This document shows positions 47,347 to 57,305 of a stretch of 64,000 nt of DNA, in pieces. Source of the stretch: Candidatus Omnitrophota bacterium. Lineage in GTDB: Bacteria; Omnitrophota; Gorgyraeia; Duberdicusellales; 4484-171. The DNA lies in the NCBI GenBank assembly GCA_003154195.1, contig PMCS01000024.1, positions 28 through 64,027 on the forward strand. The letters are read 5' to 3'. The notes under the pieces were generated by a model. The model saw only the letters and a list, made by a program, of their open reading frames with translations. It was not told where the DNA came from and made no database searches. The stretch's first letter is position 1. Every line of letters starts with the position of its first letter. Position numbers and translations under genes: made by a program.

Positions 47347-48819
47347 TTAACCCTGCGCGTATTGCAGCGCTAAAATCTGCGCCCGGGCTTTGTTGACAGT
47401 TTCTTTATATTCTTTTTCGGGGCGGGAATCGTTGACAATGCCCGCTCCGGCCTGGATATAAGCTTTACCATTATTAAAAAGAATAGTGCGAATTATTATA
47501 CACGTATCCATGCTGTTTGTGAAGGAAAAATATCCAATACTGCCTCCGTACAGGCCGCGCGCTTGCGGTTCGATATCGTTGATAATCTGCATTGCCCGCA
47601 CTTTCGGCGCGCCGCTTAACGTCCCGGCGGGAAAACAACTTATGAAGGCGGAAAAAATATCTTTGTTTTTAGCTAATTTTGCCCGCACTTCGCTTACGAT
47701 ATGCATGACATGCGAAAATCGTTCGACATATTTAAACCGCGGCGCAATGACTGTAGCTTTTTCCGCCACCCGGCCGAGGTCGTTGCGCGCCAGGTCTACC
47801 AGCATGATGTGTTCGGCAATTTCCTTGGTGTCGGTGAGTAAATCCTTTTCCAGGGCAATATCTTCGGCTTCGTTAGCCCCGCGGGGACGCGTGCCGGCAA
47901 TGGGATGAGTAACCAGTTCATTCTTTTCGCAGCGCAGGAGCATTTCCGGCGAAGACCCGGCCACGGTTACGCCTTTAAAATCAAGGAAAAACATATAAGG
48001 CGAAGGGTTCAGGATACGCAGGTACCGGTATACTTCGAACGGTTCGGCGTCAAAATCAGCGCTGAATTGCTGGGAAGGCACCGCCTGGATAATATCGCCG
48101 CGCCGGATGTGGCTTTTTATTTTTTCGACGGCGCGCATAAATTCTTTCTTACGGAAATTAGAACGGATGCCGATTTTTTTTAAACAAAACTTAAGCGGCG
48201 GCAATCCCGGCGATGCAGCAATATCTTCGAACAGTTTTATCAGATTTTGTTTTTCTCGCGCGTAGATTCTCCTGATATTTTTCTTTTCCCCGATCGCCGC
48301 AAAGGAAAGTATCTCGATCTGACGCTTGACATGGTCGAAAATAATGAGAAATTTCGGCAGGATGAAATAAGTATCCGCCAGGCCGGCTTTATCCGGTAGC
48401 TCTTTTCCGATCGGTTCATAAAAACGCGCGATATCATATCCGGCATACCCCACAAACCCGCCAAAAAACCGCAAGTTTTCCAGCGGCGCCACGCTGAAAC
48501 GCGACATTAGTTCTTTTAATTCATAGATAGGATCTTGGGCGGTCTGGAAAATACGCGTATGCACGCCGGATAAATTAATCGTCCGGCCTTTACTGCGAAA
48601 AGTCTGGAGCGGCGAGAATCCCAGAAACGAAAAGCGAGAAACCTTTTCTTCCCCCTCTACCGACTCCAAAAGAAAACTTTCGCCCTTAAAACGTTTACGC
48701 AGCCGCGCGTAAATCGACACCGGCGTCAACCAATCGCAGTAGAATTTATGCGACAGGACGATCAGGTTATGCTTTTTGGCTAGTTTTATAAATTGGTTTA
48801 TGTTGGGATTAATGTCCAT
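47347..48819 (-). CDS. chorismate-binding enzyme, anthranilate synthase / aminodeoxychorismate synthase component I family
   Basis: TrpE/PabB C-terminal catalytic domain motifs (GAGIV, PKVRAMQII). Confidence 0.7.
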   Translation of the reverse strand: MDINPNINQFIKLAKKHNLIVLSHKFYCDWLTPVSIYARLRKRFKGESFLLESVEGEEKVSRFSFLGFSPLQTFRSKGRTINLSGVHTRIFQTAQDPIYELKELMSRFSVAPLENLRFFGGFVGYAGYDIARFYEPIGKELPDKAGLADTYFILPKFLIIFDHVKRQIEILSFAAIGEKKNIRRIYAREKQNLIKLFEDIAASPGLPPLKFCLKKIGIRSNFRKKEFMRAVEKIKSHIRRGDIIQAVPSQQFSADFDAEPFEVYRYLRILNPSPYMFFLDFKGVTVAGSSPEMLLRCEKNELVTHPIAGTRPRGANEAEDIALEKDLLTDTKEIAEHIMLVDLARNDLGRVAEKATVIAPRFKYVERFSHVMHIVSEVRAKLAKNKDIFSAFISCFPAGTLSGAPKVRAMQIINDIEPQARGLYGGSIGYFSFTNSMDTCIIIRTILFNNGKAYIQAGAGIVNDSRPEKEYKETVNKARAQILALQYAQG

Positions 48820-49176
48820 TTAAATTATCTTTCTAAAAAAACAACTCCGTTCTCCCGTGTGACAGGCTTTGCCCCCGATTTGCTCGACTTCAACAAGCAA
48901 AACGTCGGCGTCGCAATCATAATGAATATGTTTCACTTTCTGGACATTTCCCGACGTATCGCCTTTGCGCCATAATTCCTTGCGCGAGCGCGACCAAAAA
49001 CAGGTGCGGCCTTCCGCTAAGGTTATCCCCAGCGATTCTTTATTCATCCAGGCGACCATCAGGACGTCTTTCTTTTTATAATCCTGGATGATCGCGGGAA
49101 TCAATCCCCGGTCGTCAAACTTCAACTCCGGTGTCGCAATTTTTGCGGTATTTTTCTTCTTCTTCACGTCTTTCAT
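48820..49176 (-). CDS. hisI: phosphoribosyl-AMP cyclohydrolase
   Basis: GLIPAIIQD ... CDADVLL ... CHTGERSCF motifs. Confidence 0.8.
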   Translation of the reverse strand: MKDVKKKKNTAKIATPELKFDDRGLIPAIIQDYKKKDVLMVAWMNKESLGITLAEGRTCFWSRSRKELWRKGDTSGNVQKVKHIHYDCDADVLLVEVEQIGGKACHTGERSCFFRKII

Positions 49177-49292
49177 GCTTTTTCCCCTCGTTTTTTCAAG
49201 TTTTGTCAAAACCAACCACAAAATCCTTATCGATTACTAATGCGAGCAATCCCGGCTACTGCCGGAATTCTAAATAAAAGTTTCTTAGTTTT

Positions 49293-50135
49293 TTATATCC
49301 TAACCCCTATTCCCTTTTTAGCCAGATAGTCTTTTATTTCTCTGATTTTAATTTCCCGGTAATGGAATATTGAAGCCGCCAGGGCCGCCGTAGCTTTTGT
49401 CTCGGTGAAAACATCGTAAAAATCAACGATGCTCCCCGCGCCGCCGGAAGCAATCACGGGGATTTTTACCGCGTTCGAAACCGCTCCGGTAAGGCCAATA
49501 TCAAAACCATTTTTTGTGCCGTCGGAATCCATACTGGTCAAAAGTATTTCTCCCGCTCCCAGCTTTTCCGCTTTCTTCGCCCACTCGACCACGTCGATCC
49601 CCGTAGGGGTTCTGCCGCCGTTGACATAAACTTCCCATTTGTCAGAAGACGCTATGGGTGATTGATGAAGGATGATGGATGAGGGATGATAAAAATATTT
49701 TTTTCGTCCTTCGTCCTTCATCCTTCGTCCTTCGCGCTTCTTCGCGTCGATTGCTACTACGATACACTGGCTGCCGAAAATCCTGCTTGCCTGAGTAATC
49801 AATCCGGGGTGATTTACCGCGGCGGTATTAATCGACACCTTATCGGCGCCGGCAATCAGTAATTGGCGTATATCCCCGGCGGTACGTACGCCGCCGCCTA
49901 CGGTAAACGGCATAAATACTACGTTGGCAACCTTTTTTACCAATTCCACGGTTGTGGCGCGCCGCTCGTGGCTGGCGGTGATATCCAGAAAAACCAGTTC
50001 ATCCGCTCCCTCTTTTTCATAAATCAGGGCGTTTTCCACCGCGTCGCCGGCGTCGCGCAGGTTAACAAAATTAACCCCTTTTACGACTCGGCCATTATTG
50101 ATATCTAGGCAGGGAATAATCCGCTTTGCCAACAT
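49293..50135 (-). CDS. hisF: imidazole glycerol phosphate synthase cyclase subunit, with an about 28-aa in-frame palindromic insertion
   Basis: HisF (beta/alpha)8 motifs ([31 protein letters not shown]); the extra segment [28 protein letters not shown] is encoded by the dyad-symmetric stretch 49655-49745. Confidence 0.8.
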   Translation of the reverse strand: MLAKRIIPCLDINNGRVVKGVNFVNLRDAGDAVENALIYEKEGADELVFLDITASHERRATTVELVKKVANVVFMPFTVGGGVRTAGDIRQLLIAGADKVSINTAAVNHPGLITQASRIFGSQCIVVAIDAKKREGRRMKDEGRKKYFYHPSSIILHQSPIASSDKWEVYVNGGRTPTGIDVVEWAKKAEKLGAGEILLTSMDSDGTKNGFDIGLTGAVSNAVKIPVIASGGAGSIVDFYDVFTETKATAALAASIFHYREIKIREIKDYLAKKGIGVRI

Positions 50136-50233
50136 AAGGCAAAATTATACCACATTATTTTTTGCGAAGCAACAAATAGCGGCCTTACGGAGATAACACG
50201 CGGGCAGGCATCGATTGATGAAAACGTTCAAGA

Positions 50234-51016
50234 TTATTTCGTTGTGTTGCCGATTTCGACAGCGGCCGGAGATTTAGTTTTGATCATAGACACAAAGTCC
50301 ACCGGTATAACGTCTTTGGTTTGGACTTTGCCATTTTTCTTTAGAACCATTTTAAGTTTTTGTCCGCCGGAGGCGTTTTCGACTGGAATTACCAGCCTAC
50401 CGCCTTCTTTGAGTTGTTTGATTAGTTCTGGTATTATGGAGTCGGCGGCAAACCCTACGATTATCGCGTCAAAAGGAGCCTCTTCCGGCCAGCCGAGTGT
50501 CCCTTCCCCTAAACGGAAGTGAATGTTGGGGTATTTCAGGCGCCCAATCCGCTCTTCAGCCTTGGCTTTCATCTCTTCCTGGATGTCCACCGTATAAACG
50601 TCTTTGCATAGCAAGCTTAAAATCGCGGCGTGGTAACCGCTGCCCGTGCCCAATTCCAGCACTTTTTCCTGTCCTTCCAGTTTAAGAAGTTCGGTCATCA
50701 TCGCCAATACGTACGGCCTGGCCGTAGTCTGGTTCTGTCCGATAGGAAGCGTTTTGTCTTCGTAGGCCTGCGCTTTGTACTCGGGTAGTACGAACTCATG
50801 GCGCGGCACGGACAAAAACGCCCGGATGACTTTTTTATCGTGCATCCCATACCCGATGATATACTGTTCAACCATATTCCGGCGTTTTACGGCATACGCC
50901 GTGTCGACGGCAATATTTTTCTGAGCGGCAGTATCCTTATTTTGTTCTTGAGCGTAGGAAAATAAACTTAATATGAAACAAAACAAAACCAGCAAAAATA
51001 TGATTTTATTATTCAT
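50234..51016 (-). CDS. pcm: protein-L-isoaspartate O-methyltransferase with an N-terminal signal peptide
   Basis: SAM-binding motif VLELGTGSGY; PCMT-family pre- and post-motifs; hydrophobic N-terminus. Confidence 0.75.
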   Translation of the reverse strand: MNNKIIFLLVLFCFILSLFSYAQEQNKDTAAQKNIAVDTAYAVKRRNMVEQYIIGYGMHDKKVIRAFLSVPRHEFVLPEYKAQAYEDKTLPIGQNQTTARPYVLAMMTELLKLEGQEKVLELGTGSGYHAAILSLLCKDVYTVDIQEEMKAKAEERIGRLKYPNIHFRLGEGTLGWPEEAPFDAIIVGFAADSIIPELIKQLKEGGRLVIPVENASGGQKLKMVLKKNGKVQTKDVIPVDFVSMIKTKSPAAVEIGNTTK

Positions 51017-51282
51017 AATTTTTCCCCTATTCCCCGATGGTTGGCGATTGCGCGAAAAATAAGCATTGTTTGCTTATCCCGCAAATCGCATTCTGTTACA
51101 TTGTATTATTTGCATTATATCATTTATGTAATTATTTGCTAACAAATTATTTCGCGCAAAAATTGCGAAACGATCCGCGCAAAATTTTCCTTGTCGGCAC
51201 AGCGCATTGTTGATAGACTATGCCCAGGTGATTAAAAAAGAATAAAACTGTAACCACATGATTACAGTGCGTAGCGAAGCAT

Positions 51283-51335
51283 TGAATTTCTTTGTGACTT
51301 AGTGCCTTGGTGGTAAAGTTTTTGGTTTTTACCTT
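51283..51335 (+). repeat. solo copy of the CTTGGTGGTAAAgTTTTTGGTTTT element ending at the TPR-gene start codon
   Basis: tttctttgtgacttagtgccttggtggtaaagtttttggtttttacc. Confidence 0.75.
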
Positions 51336-51908
51336 ATGAAAAATAAATTATCAGCGGGATTGATGGGCTTATTGATTATTACCGCGGTTTGCCCGGCCGG
51401 CAAAGCTTTTGGCCAGTCATCCCTGGATTATTATAATCAGGGAATCGAATATTTAAGGCGGGGATTTGTTCAGGAAGCCGCGAATAACTTCGAAAAAGCC
51501 GTTTATCTCAATCCTCAATATGCCGCCGCTTTCGCCGCTTTAGGAACGGCTTATCACGCCATGGAAAGATATGAAGAAGCGGTTAACGCCTGTAAGAAAG
51601 CGATTGAGCTCCAGCCCGGCATGGTCGACCCATATATCACCATGGGTTCTTCTCATTTTCTGCTGGGGAATCCGGACGAAGCCATGACTGCCTACAAAAA
51701 AGCGATAGACCTTAATCCCAATATCCCCGAAGCATACTATGGTTTGGCGCAAATCTACCAATTATTCGGTAACCCCAAACAGGCTAAGGAAAACGGGGCT
51801 AAAGCGATAGATTTGTTCGCCAAACGAGGCAATAAAGCAGGGGCAGAAGAAGTGGAAAATTTCCTGCAGACGATCCGCGGAAGCGGTGCAACCTCGACCA
51901 CGGAATAG
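51336..51908 (+). CDS. secreted TPR-repeat protein
   Basis: signal peptide plus about 4 TPR units. Confidence 0.7.
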   Translation: MKNKLSAGLMGLLIITAVCPAGKAFGQSSLDYYNQGIEYLRRGFVQEAANNFEKAVYLNPQYAAAFAALGTAYHAMERYEEAVNACKKAIELQPGMVDPYITMGSSHFLLGNPDEAMTAYKKAIDLNPNIPEAYYGLAQIYQLFGNPKQAKENGAKAIDLFAKRGNKAGAEEVENFLQTIRGSGATSTTE

Positions 51909-52017
51909 CCCGCTCGGCTTCGCCAGGGATGTTCGATGGATAGTGAGTCCCTGCCGCTGAATAAATGGTAAGTTAAATCAATCTATGGCAGTTATATTAG
52001 ACCCGGGATATCTTTTG

Positions 52018-52395
52018 CTATTTCGTTCCTAAAATCCTTTTTGCGGTTTCGATCACCCTTGAAGGTTCGAGGGGCTTGGTGATAAAATCTTTCGCGCCGT
52101 TCTTGATCGCGTCAACGACCAGGGCATTCTGGGTCATCGCGGAAATCATAATTATTTTTGCCTTAGGGTCAATTTTTATTATTTCTTTTACTGCTCCGAT
52201 ACCGTCAACTTCCCTCATGCTGGGCATAATAATATCCATGGTAACCAGGTCGGGTTTTAATTTCTTATACTTCTCGATAGCTTCTTCGCTGTTTCCTGCT
52301 TCACCGCAAATTTCAAAACCCTCCTCCTTGAAGATATCAATAAGATTCTTGCGGGCAAAAGACGAATCGTCGACGATTAAAATCCTTATTGGCAT
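52018..52395 (-). CDS. single-domain response regulator (CheY-like receiver)
   Basis: DD...D...K receiver motifs (LIVDDS, DLVTMD, KPL). Confidence 0.8.
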   Translation of the reverse strand: MPIRILIVDDSSFARKNLIDIFKEEGFEICGEAGNSEEAIEKYKKLKPDLVTMDIIMPSMREVDGIGAVKEIIKIDPKAKIIMISAMTQNALVVDAIKNGAKDFITKPLEPSRVIETAKRILGTK

Positions 52396-52486
52396 ATTAT
52401 CTCCTTATATTGATGGAAATATCTTATACCTTTTAATAAATTTGACAAGGAAGACTAATCCAATATGCTTTGAAAACCTTTTTAGC

Positions 52487-53311
52487 TCATTCCTTAGCCC
52501 CCGCCTGCTTCAGTAAAGTGGCAATTTCTGCATGCCCGCTCTGCTCTGCCCACGCCAAGGCTGTCCTGCCACCGTTATCTTTCACATCGGTGCTAGCGCC
52601 ATTGCTCAATAAAAGCCCGACGGTTTTAGCATGTTCACTCTCATACTTCTGCGGCGAGGAAATGTAATAGCTCACCGCCCACATTAAAACTGTCTTACCA
52701 TTGTTATCTTTCGCGTTGATGTCAGCGCCGTTGGCCAACAAAACCGTGACGGTTTCTGCATGCCCCCCTTGAGCTGTCATCATCAAGGCAGTCCGGCCGT
52801 TATGACCCCTGGTATTGACCTCGGCGCCCTTAGCCAGCAAAAGTTTGACGATTTCAGTATGTCCGATACCTGCTGCCGACATCAAAGCGGACTGGCCGTT
52901 GTAAGCTTTAGCATTAACCTCGGCGCCGTGGGCTAACAAAATAGTAATAATTTCAATATTTCCCGTGTTCGCCGCCAAAAGCAAGGCCGTAAAATTATAG
53001 TTATCTCTGGCATTGACGTCGGCACCGAGAGCCAATAAGACCTTGACGATTCCGGCGTGTTCCTTTTCACGCCCATCTTCTACATACCATAATTGCGAGA
53101 AGGAATATACCTCACGCATCAAGACCGTCTTGCCATTACGATCTTTCGCGTTGATACCGCCGGCCTTGGCCAAAAGGGCCGTGGTGGCTTCAGCATTTCC
53201 GGCCTCTACTGCCTCAAGCAACTGCCGGCCCAAATCCTGCGCGAAAATGGTAGCGGAAATCAATGACACAAACAATACAATTCCACTGCCTATTTTTATT
53301 ATCCGCGGCAT
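52487..53311 (-). CDS. secreted ankyrin-repeat protein
   Basis: signal peptide; about 6 ANK repeats (TALMxAAxxGHxEIVKLLLAKGAEVN). Confidence 0.8.
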   Translation of the reverse strand: MPRIIKIGSGIVLFVSLISATIFAQDLGRQLLEAVEAGNAEATTALLAKAGGINAKDRNGKTVLMREVYSFSQLWYVEDGREKEHAGIVKVLLALGADVNARDNYNFTALLLAANTGNIEIITILLAHGAEVNAKAYNGQSALMSAAGIGHTEIVKLLLAKGAEVNTRGHNGRTALMMTAQGGHAETVTVLLANGADINAKDNNGKTVLMWAVSYYISSPQKYESEHAKTVGLLLSNGASTDVKDNGGRTALAWAEQSGHAEIATLLKQAGAKE

Positions 53312-53629
53312 TCCTTCATCTCCTTATTTTTCCCCTGCCCGCAAGAGTACTTGTTTTCAAACTTTTATATATTTATTTTTATGGGTAAAACTCAGTAAAA
53401 GTAATGTCTTTTTTTACTTAATGATTTTATTTTACAACTTTTTGTCAATCCAACAATAGAAATAAAACCTTAAGACTTTATACTATAAAACTGTCATACT
53501 TTTGGCAATTTCTTCGGGAAAATACGGACGTATAGGGAAAATTGTATAAAGAGGTATAAACGGCAAAGACGGCTTTTTAGATAAATTTAATGCGGGATTT
53601 TTCGAGGATTGGAAAAGAGTAAGAAAAAG

Positions 53630-53704
53630 CAGCCCCAAGGGGATTCGAACCCCTGTTACCTGGTTGAGAACCAGGCGTCCTAGGCCAGGCTAGACGATGG
53701 GGCC
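53630..53704 (-). tRNA. tRNA-Glu (anticodon CUC); 3' CCA not encoded
   Basis: cloverleaf GGCCCCA-TC-GTCT..GGAC-G-CCTGG-TTCTCAA-CCAGG-TAAC-AGGGGTTCGAATCCCCT-TGGGGCT-G; closely resembles bacterial tRNA-Glu; followed by a T-tract. Confidence 0.8.
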
Positions 53705-53867
53705 ATATAAAGTAGCGAGTAGAAAGGAAAAAGTAGAAACGAAAAGTATATTAAGGAATAATCGTTTATGATTTTAAAGGATAAAGCAGTTTTGTCAATA
53801 ACCATCGTTTTTATCTTTTGTTTTTGTATTTTCTTTCTACTTTCTCATCGCTACTTTATACTTTTTT

Positions 53868-54632
53868 TTAGATTTCCACGCTCATCCCGTCCCGCGCGCA
53901 GACAATATCCATTTTCAGTTCTTCTTTTAATTTTTCTTCCAGGATGTGTGGTTTGGCTTTAAGCATTGACATGCCGAAATGCGTGAGGATAGTTTTTCCG
54001 GGTTTAATTTTTTTTATAAGCTGGATTGCTTCTTGGAGGCAGAGATGGTCAATGCCCGGCCTTTTCTCAAGAAACACCACGTTCAGGACAAGAATATCCG
54101 CTCCCTTATGCGCTTTGGCCAAACCGTCGAAATATTTGCTGTCCCCGGCAAAAGAGACGATCTTGCCGTCGAAATCAAATCTCAATCCATAAGTCTCGAC
54201 CTGTGTATGGATATTCTTTACGGGTACAGTAAAATTGATATCGCCGATGCTGAATTGGCCGGGGCTCAGGAGAGTTATTTTTTCGGGAAAATTCCCGGCA
54301 TACTTAAATACAACATTATTCTCGCCGAACGCGTCCGAAGGCACGAATAATGTCCCTCTTTTTTTAAAACCACCTTCGGTCATCGCTTCAATCATTACAT
54401 TGATGTCACCGGAGTGGTCAAGGTGTTTATGGGTCAGGATGATGGCGTCTAATTTAGAAGGGTCAAGCTTGGGCCGACTGCTGTTTACCCGCACGATCGC
54501 GCCCGGGCCGGGGTCGATAAGGATGTTGGTAGATTTCCAATTCAACCAGATACCGCCGGATGAACGCAGTTGCCTGATCATCACAAAACGAGCGCCGGCG
54601 GTGCCTAAAAATTTTATAAATCCCATGCTCAC
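53868..54632 (-). CDS. MBL-fold metallo-hydrolase
   Basis: HKHLDHSGD (HxHxDH) motif. Confidence 0.65.
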   Translation of the reverse strand: MSMGFIKFLGTAGARFVMIRQLRSSGGIWLNWKSTNILIDPGPGAIVRVNSSRPKLDPSKLDAIILTHKHLDHSGDINVMIEAMTEGGFKKRGTLFVPSDAFGENNVVFKYAGNFPEKITLLSPGQFSIGDINFTVPVKNIHTQVETYGLRFDFDGKIVSFAGDSKYFDGLAKAHKGADILVLNVVFLEKRPGIDHLCLQEAIQLIKKIKPGKTILTHFGMSMLKAKPHILEEKLKEELKMDIVCARDGMSVEI

Positions 54633-54639
54633 TCCGTTC

Positions 54640-54790
54640 GCCGCAGATAATCGCTGATTAGATGATGCAGATGATCACCGATAAATACTATAAACCTCGA
54701 TAAAAAACGGAAATCGTAATTTATTATTTTGAATTTAAACGTTATATTAATATCTGTGATCATCTGCTTCTTCTCATCAGCGATCATCGG
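54640..54790. repeat. inverted pair of family-C elements (ATCGCTGATTAGATGATGCAGATGATCAC and its reverse complement)
   Basis: 54648-54680 and 54750-54790 are reverse-complementary; related to 7421-7465 and 42215-42390. Confidence 0.8.
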
Positions 54791-55298
54791 CGCCGGCGAG
54801 CCAAATCTTGCGCATTTCTTCGGTTATTTCCTGTTGTAAAGGATAGCTTATCTCTTTTTCGTTGCCGTTGCCGACAATATTTTTATTTTTAACGGCGTCT
54901 TCCTTAAGAAATTCTTTTATGTGCGCGCAGGGCACGCCATTAGTTTTGGCATAATCGCGGATGCTGCGGTCATCGGTTACGACAATTGCTTCGGAGGCAG
55001 CGCATGGTTTTTTAGTAGTCTTTATCTGGTAAACAATATTTTTTATGATATCGTCCGCGCTTTTATCGGAACTGAAAAGTACCTGGAATTGCGACTCTTT
55101 TTTTACCTCGGGATTAAAATTTCCGTCAAAAACTATAATCGCTTTATTATTTTTACTTCCCGTAAGGGAATAGCGGTGTATATAATTTATCAGGTCGGTA
55201 TGGATGGAACTCGAATTATTAAGCTGGGGGATTTTGTGGGCCAGATTGAAAGCATCGATTATATAGACCAACATAGGTAATTCCTCCCAGGATACCAA
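54777..55298 (-). CDS. NYN-domain (YacP/Rae1-like) putative ribonuclease
   Basis: LVYIIDAFNL ... IIVFDGN ... AIVVTDD pattern of PIN-like NYN domains. Confidence 0.45.
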   Translation of the reverse strand: MVSWEELPMLVYIIDAFNLAHKIPQLNNSSSIHTDLINYIHRYSLTGSKNNKAIIVFDGNFNPEVKKESQFQVLFSSDKSADDIIKNIVYQIKTTKKPCAASEAIVVTDDRSIRDYAKTNGVPCAHIKEFLKEDAVKNKNIVGNGNEKEISYPLQQEITEEMRKIWLAGADDR

Positions 55299-56184
55299 GG
55301 CTTATGAGAAAAACTAAATTTATTAAAGATAAATTGAGCCCGATTGCCTTATTGATCCCTACCAGGGAAAAAAAATAAACCGCCGCGCCTTCGCGTAATC
55401 CCGCTCCGGCAATCGTGATCGGGACAAGAGCAATCGACATGATGATCGGCACAAGGATCAAAAAATAAAAAATGCTTACGTTTATGTTAAAAGCTTTTGA
55501 GCAGACGAAGAACCCGAAGGAACTGAAAAACTGGACCAAAAACGAAAAAATCATCGTCGTTAAAAATGCTTTCGGATTCTTTTTAAAAAAATATAACTGG
55601 TCATGGAAATCGACGATCTTAACCCGCAACGGCGAGCCTTCCTTCAGTACGCCGACACAAAACGTGAATACTTTTTTGCTGAAAATCAGAAGCGCGGCGC
55701 AAAAATAAATCGAAAACATGATGAGCAGGGAAACGAAAATCTGCGGCTGGGGGAAAAGTTTTCTTCCCAGCAGGTAAAAAAATACCGCCAAGATGATTAA
55801 CGCCATTCCCCCGCTGAAGCGATCCATCACGACGCTTGCCGCAACTTTTTTTGCGTTACCGTAATGGCCGGTTATGCTTACCGCCCGGAAAACATCGCCG
55901 GCGACGAAGGAGGGAAAAAAAAGATTGAGAAAATAACTGGAAGTATAAACGCCGAAAAGGGCGCACGCGGTAACGTTTATACCGACGGCAGCCAGGACGT
56001 ATTTCCAGCGCAACGCGCAGATAACAAAGGTCAGGTAAAACACCCCCAGTCCCAACAAGATGTAAATTTTATGAGAATTTCGATAAACTGCGGCTAAATC
56101 TTTATAGGGAACAAATTTAAACAGCGCGAAGATCAACCCGGCCGTCGCCAGAAGCTTTAAGACGTAGGAGAGTTTATTTTTCAT
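55219..56184 (-). CDS. polytopic membrane protein, lysylphosphatidylglycerol-synthase-TM / flippase-like (UPF0104) family
   Basis: about 8 TM helices; N-terminal pattern typical of the family. Confidence 0.45.
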   Translation of the reverse strand: MKNKLSYVLKLLATAGLIFALFKFVPYKDLAAVYRNSHKIYILLGLGVFYLTFVICALRWKYVLAAVGINVTACALFGVYTSSYFLNLFFPSFVAGDVFRAVSITGHYGNAKKVAASVVMDRFSGGMALIILAVFFYLLGRKLFPQPQIFVSLLIMFSIYFCAALLIFSKKVFTFCVGVLKEGSPLRVKIVDFHDQLYFFKKNPKAFLTTMIFSFLVQFFSSFGFFVCSKAFNINVSIFYFLILVPIIMSIALVPITIAGAGLREGAAVYFFSLVGINKAIGLNLSLINLVFLISLGILGGITYVGLYNRCFQSGPQNPPA

Positions 56185-56204
56185 ATTTTTTATTTTTCGC
56201 TTCG

Positions 56205-56375
56205 CGAAAATAAATTAAGGAAATTGGGGTATCGGAAAATCATGATTTGGTGATTTGGGTATTGGGATACTCGGCCATCGGTTATCGCCTCTTTGCCGTT
56301 TCCCCTAATTTCCCAGTCTCCCAATCCCCGAATCCTGATCCCCTAATCCCCTGATATCCCAATTTAAAATTACCC
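56205..56375. repeat. 165-bp internally palindromic repeat (GGGATA/TTGGG-rich arm versus TATCCC/CCCAA-rich arm), copy 1, immediately 3' of trxB
   Basis: direct repeat of 57306-57480 (about 85% identity). Confidence 0.8.
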
Positions 56376-57305
56376 TTAAACACTAATATAGCCGCCCTTC
56401 AGATATTTATAGGCGCTTAGCGCGGCAACCGCGCCCTCGGCGGCGGCGGTGATCAATTGCCGCAATGGCCGTTTTCGGCAATCGCCGCAGGCCCAGATAA
56501 ACGGCTGCGATGTAGTCAAATATTCATCAGTGACGATAAATCCCCCTTCGTCCAGATTCACACAATCCCTAAAGACTTCCGTAGCGGGCTTTACACCGAC
56601 CGCGACAAATAAGCCTTGGACATCGCGGGTATGGGTTTCTTTTGTCTTTAAGTTTTCAACAATAAGGCGTTGGAGCGATTGTTCCCCTTTTAATTCCCTG
56701 ATCGCGCTGTCGTAAATGACCTCGATGTTATTTTTTCCCGATACTTCTTTTCGCAGGTATTCCATGGCCCGGAAGCTGTTCCGGCGGTGGATAAGATAAA
56801 CCTTACGGCAAATACTTGCCAGGTACAAGGCTTCTTCGAGGGCAGTGTTGCCTCCGCCGGCCACAGCGACATCTTTATTCTTAAAGAAAAACCCGTCGCA
56901 TACCGCGCAGTAAGAAACGCCCTTGCCGAGAAATTCTTCCTCGCCCGGGGCGCCGAGTTTTTTGAATGAAGCGCCGGTAGCGAGGATCGCGCTTTTAGCG
57001 CGGTAGGTTGTGTTTTCCGAGTGAAGGGCCAGCGCTTTATCTTCGACGCGAACCTTAGTGATTTCTTCCTGTGTAATTTCGATATCCAGGTCCTGCAAAG
57101 TTTTTGCCAATTCGGCGGCAAGTTCCCGGCCTTTTGTCCCTAATTTTGTCCCGATGTAATTATCGACGGTTTCCATGAAGAAAAGCTGCCCGCCCACGCC
57201 TTTTGATTCGAAAAGAATAAAATCAAGACCGGAGCGTTTAGCGTAAACCGCCGCGCTTATTCCGGCTATCCCTCCTCCGATAATCGCAAGGTCTGTATTT
57301 GTCAT
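56376..57305 (-). CDS. trxB: thioredoxin-disulfide reductase
   Basis: FAD motif GGGIAGISAA, redox-active CAVCDG and NADPH motif GGGNTALEEA. Confidence 0.85.
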   Translation of the reverse strand: MTNTDLAIIGGGIAGISAAVYAKRSGLDFILFESKGVGGQLFFMETVDNYIGTKLGTKGRELAAELAKTLQDLDIEITQEEITKVRVEDKALALHSENTTYRAKSAILATGASFKKLGAPGEEEFLGKGVSYCAVCDGFFFKNKDVAVAGGGNTALEEALYLASICRKVYLIHRRNSFRAMEYLRKEVSGKNNIEVIYDSAIRELKGEQSLQRLIVENLKTKETHTRDVQGLFVAVGVKPATEVFRDCVNLDEGGFIVTDEYLTTSQPFIWACGDCRKRPLRQLITAAAEGAVAALSAYKYLKGGYISV

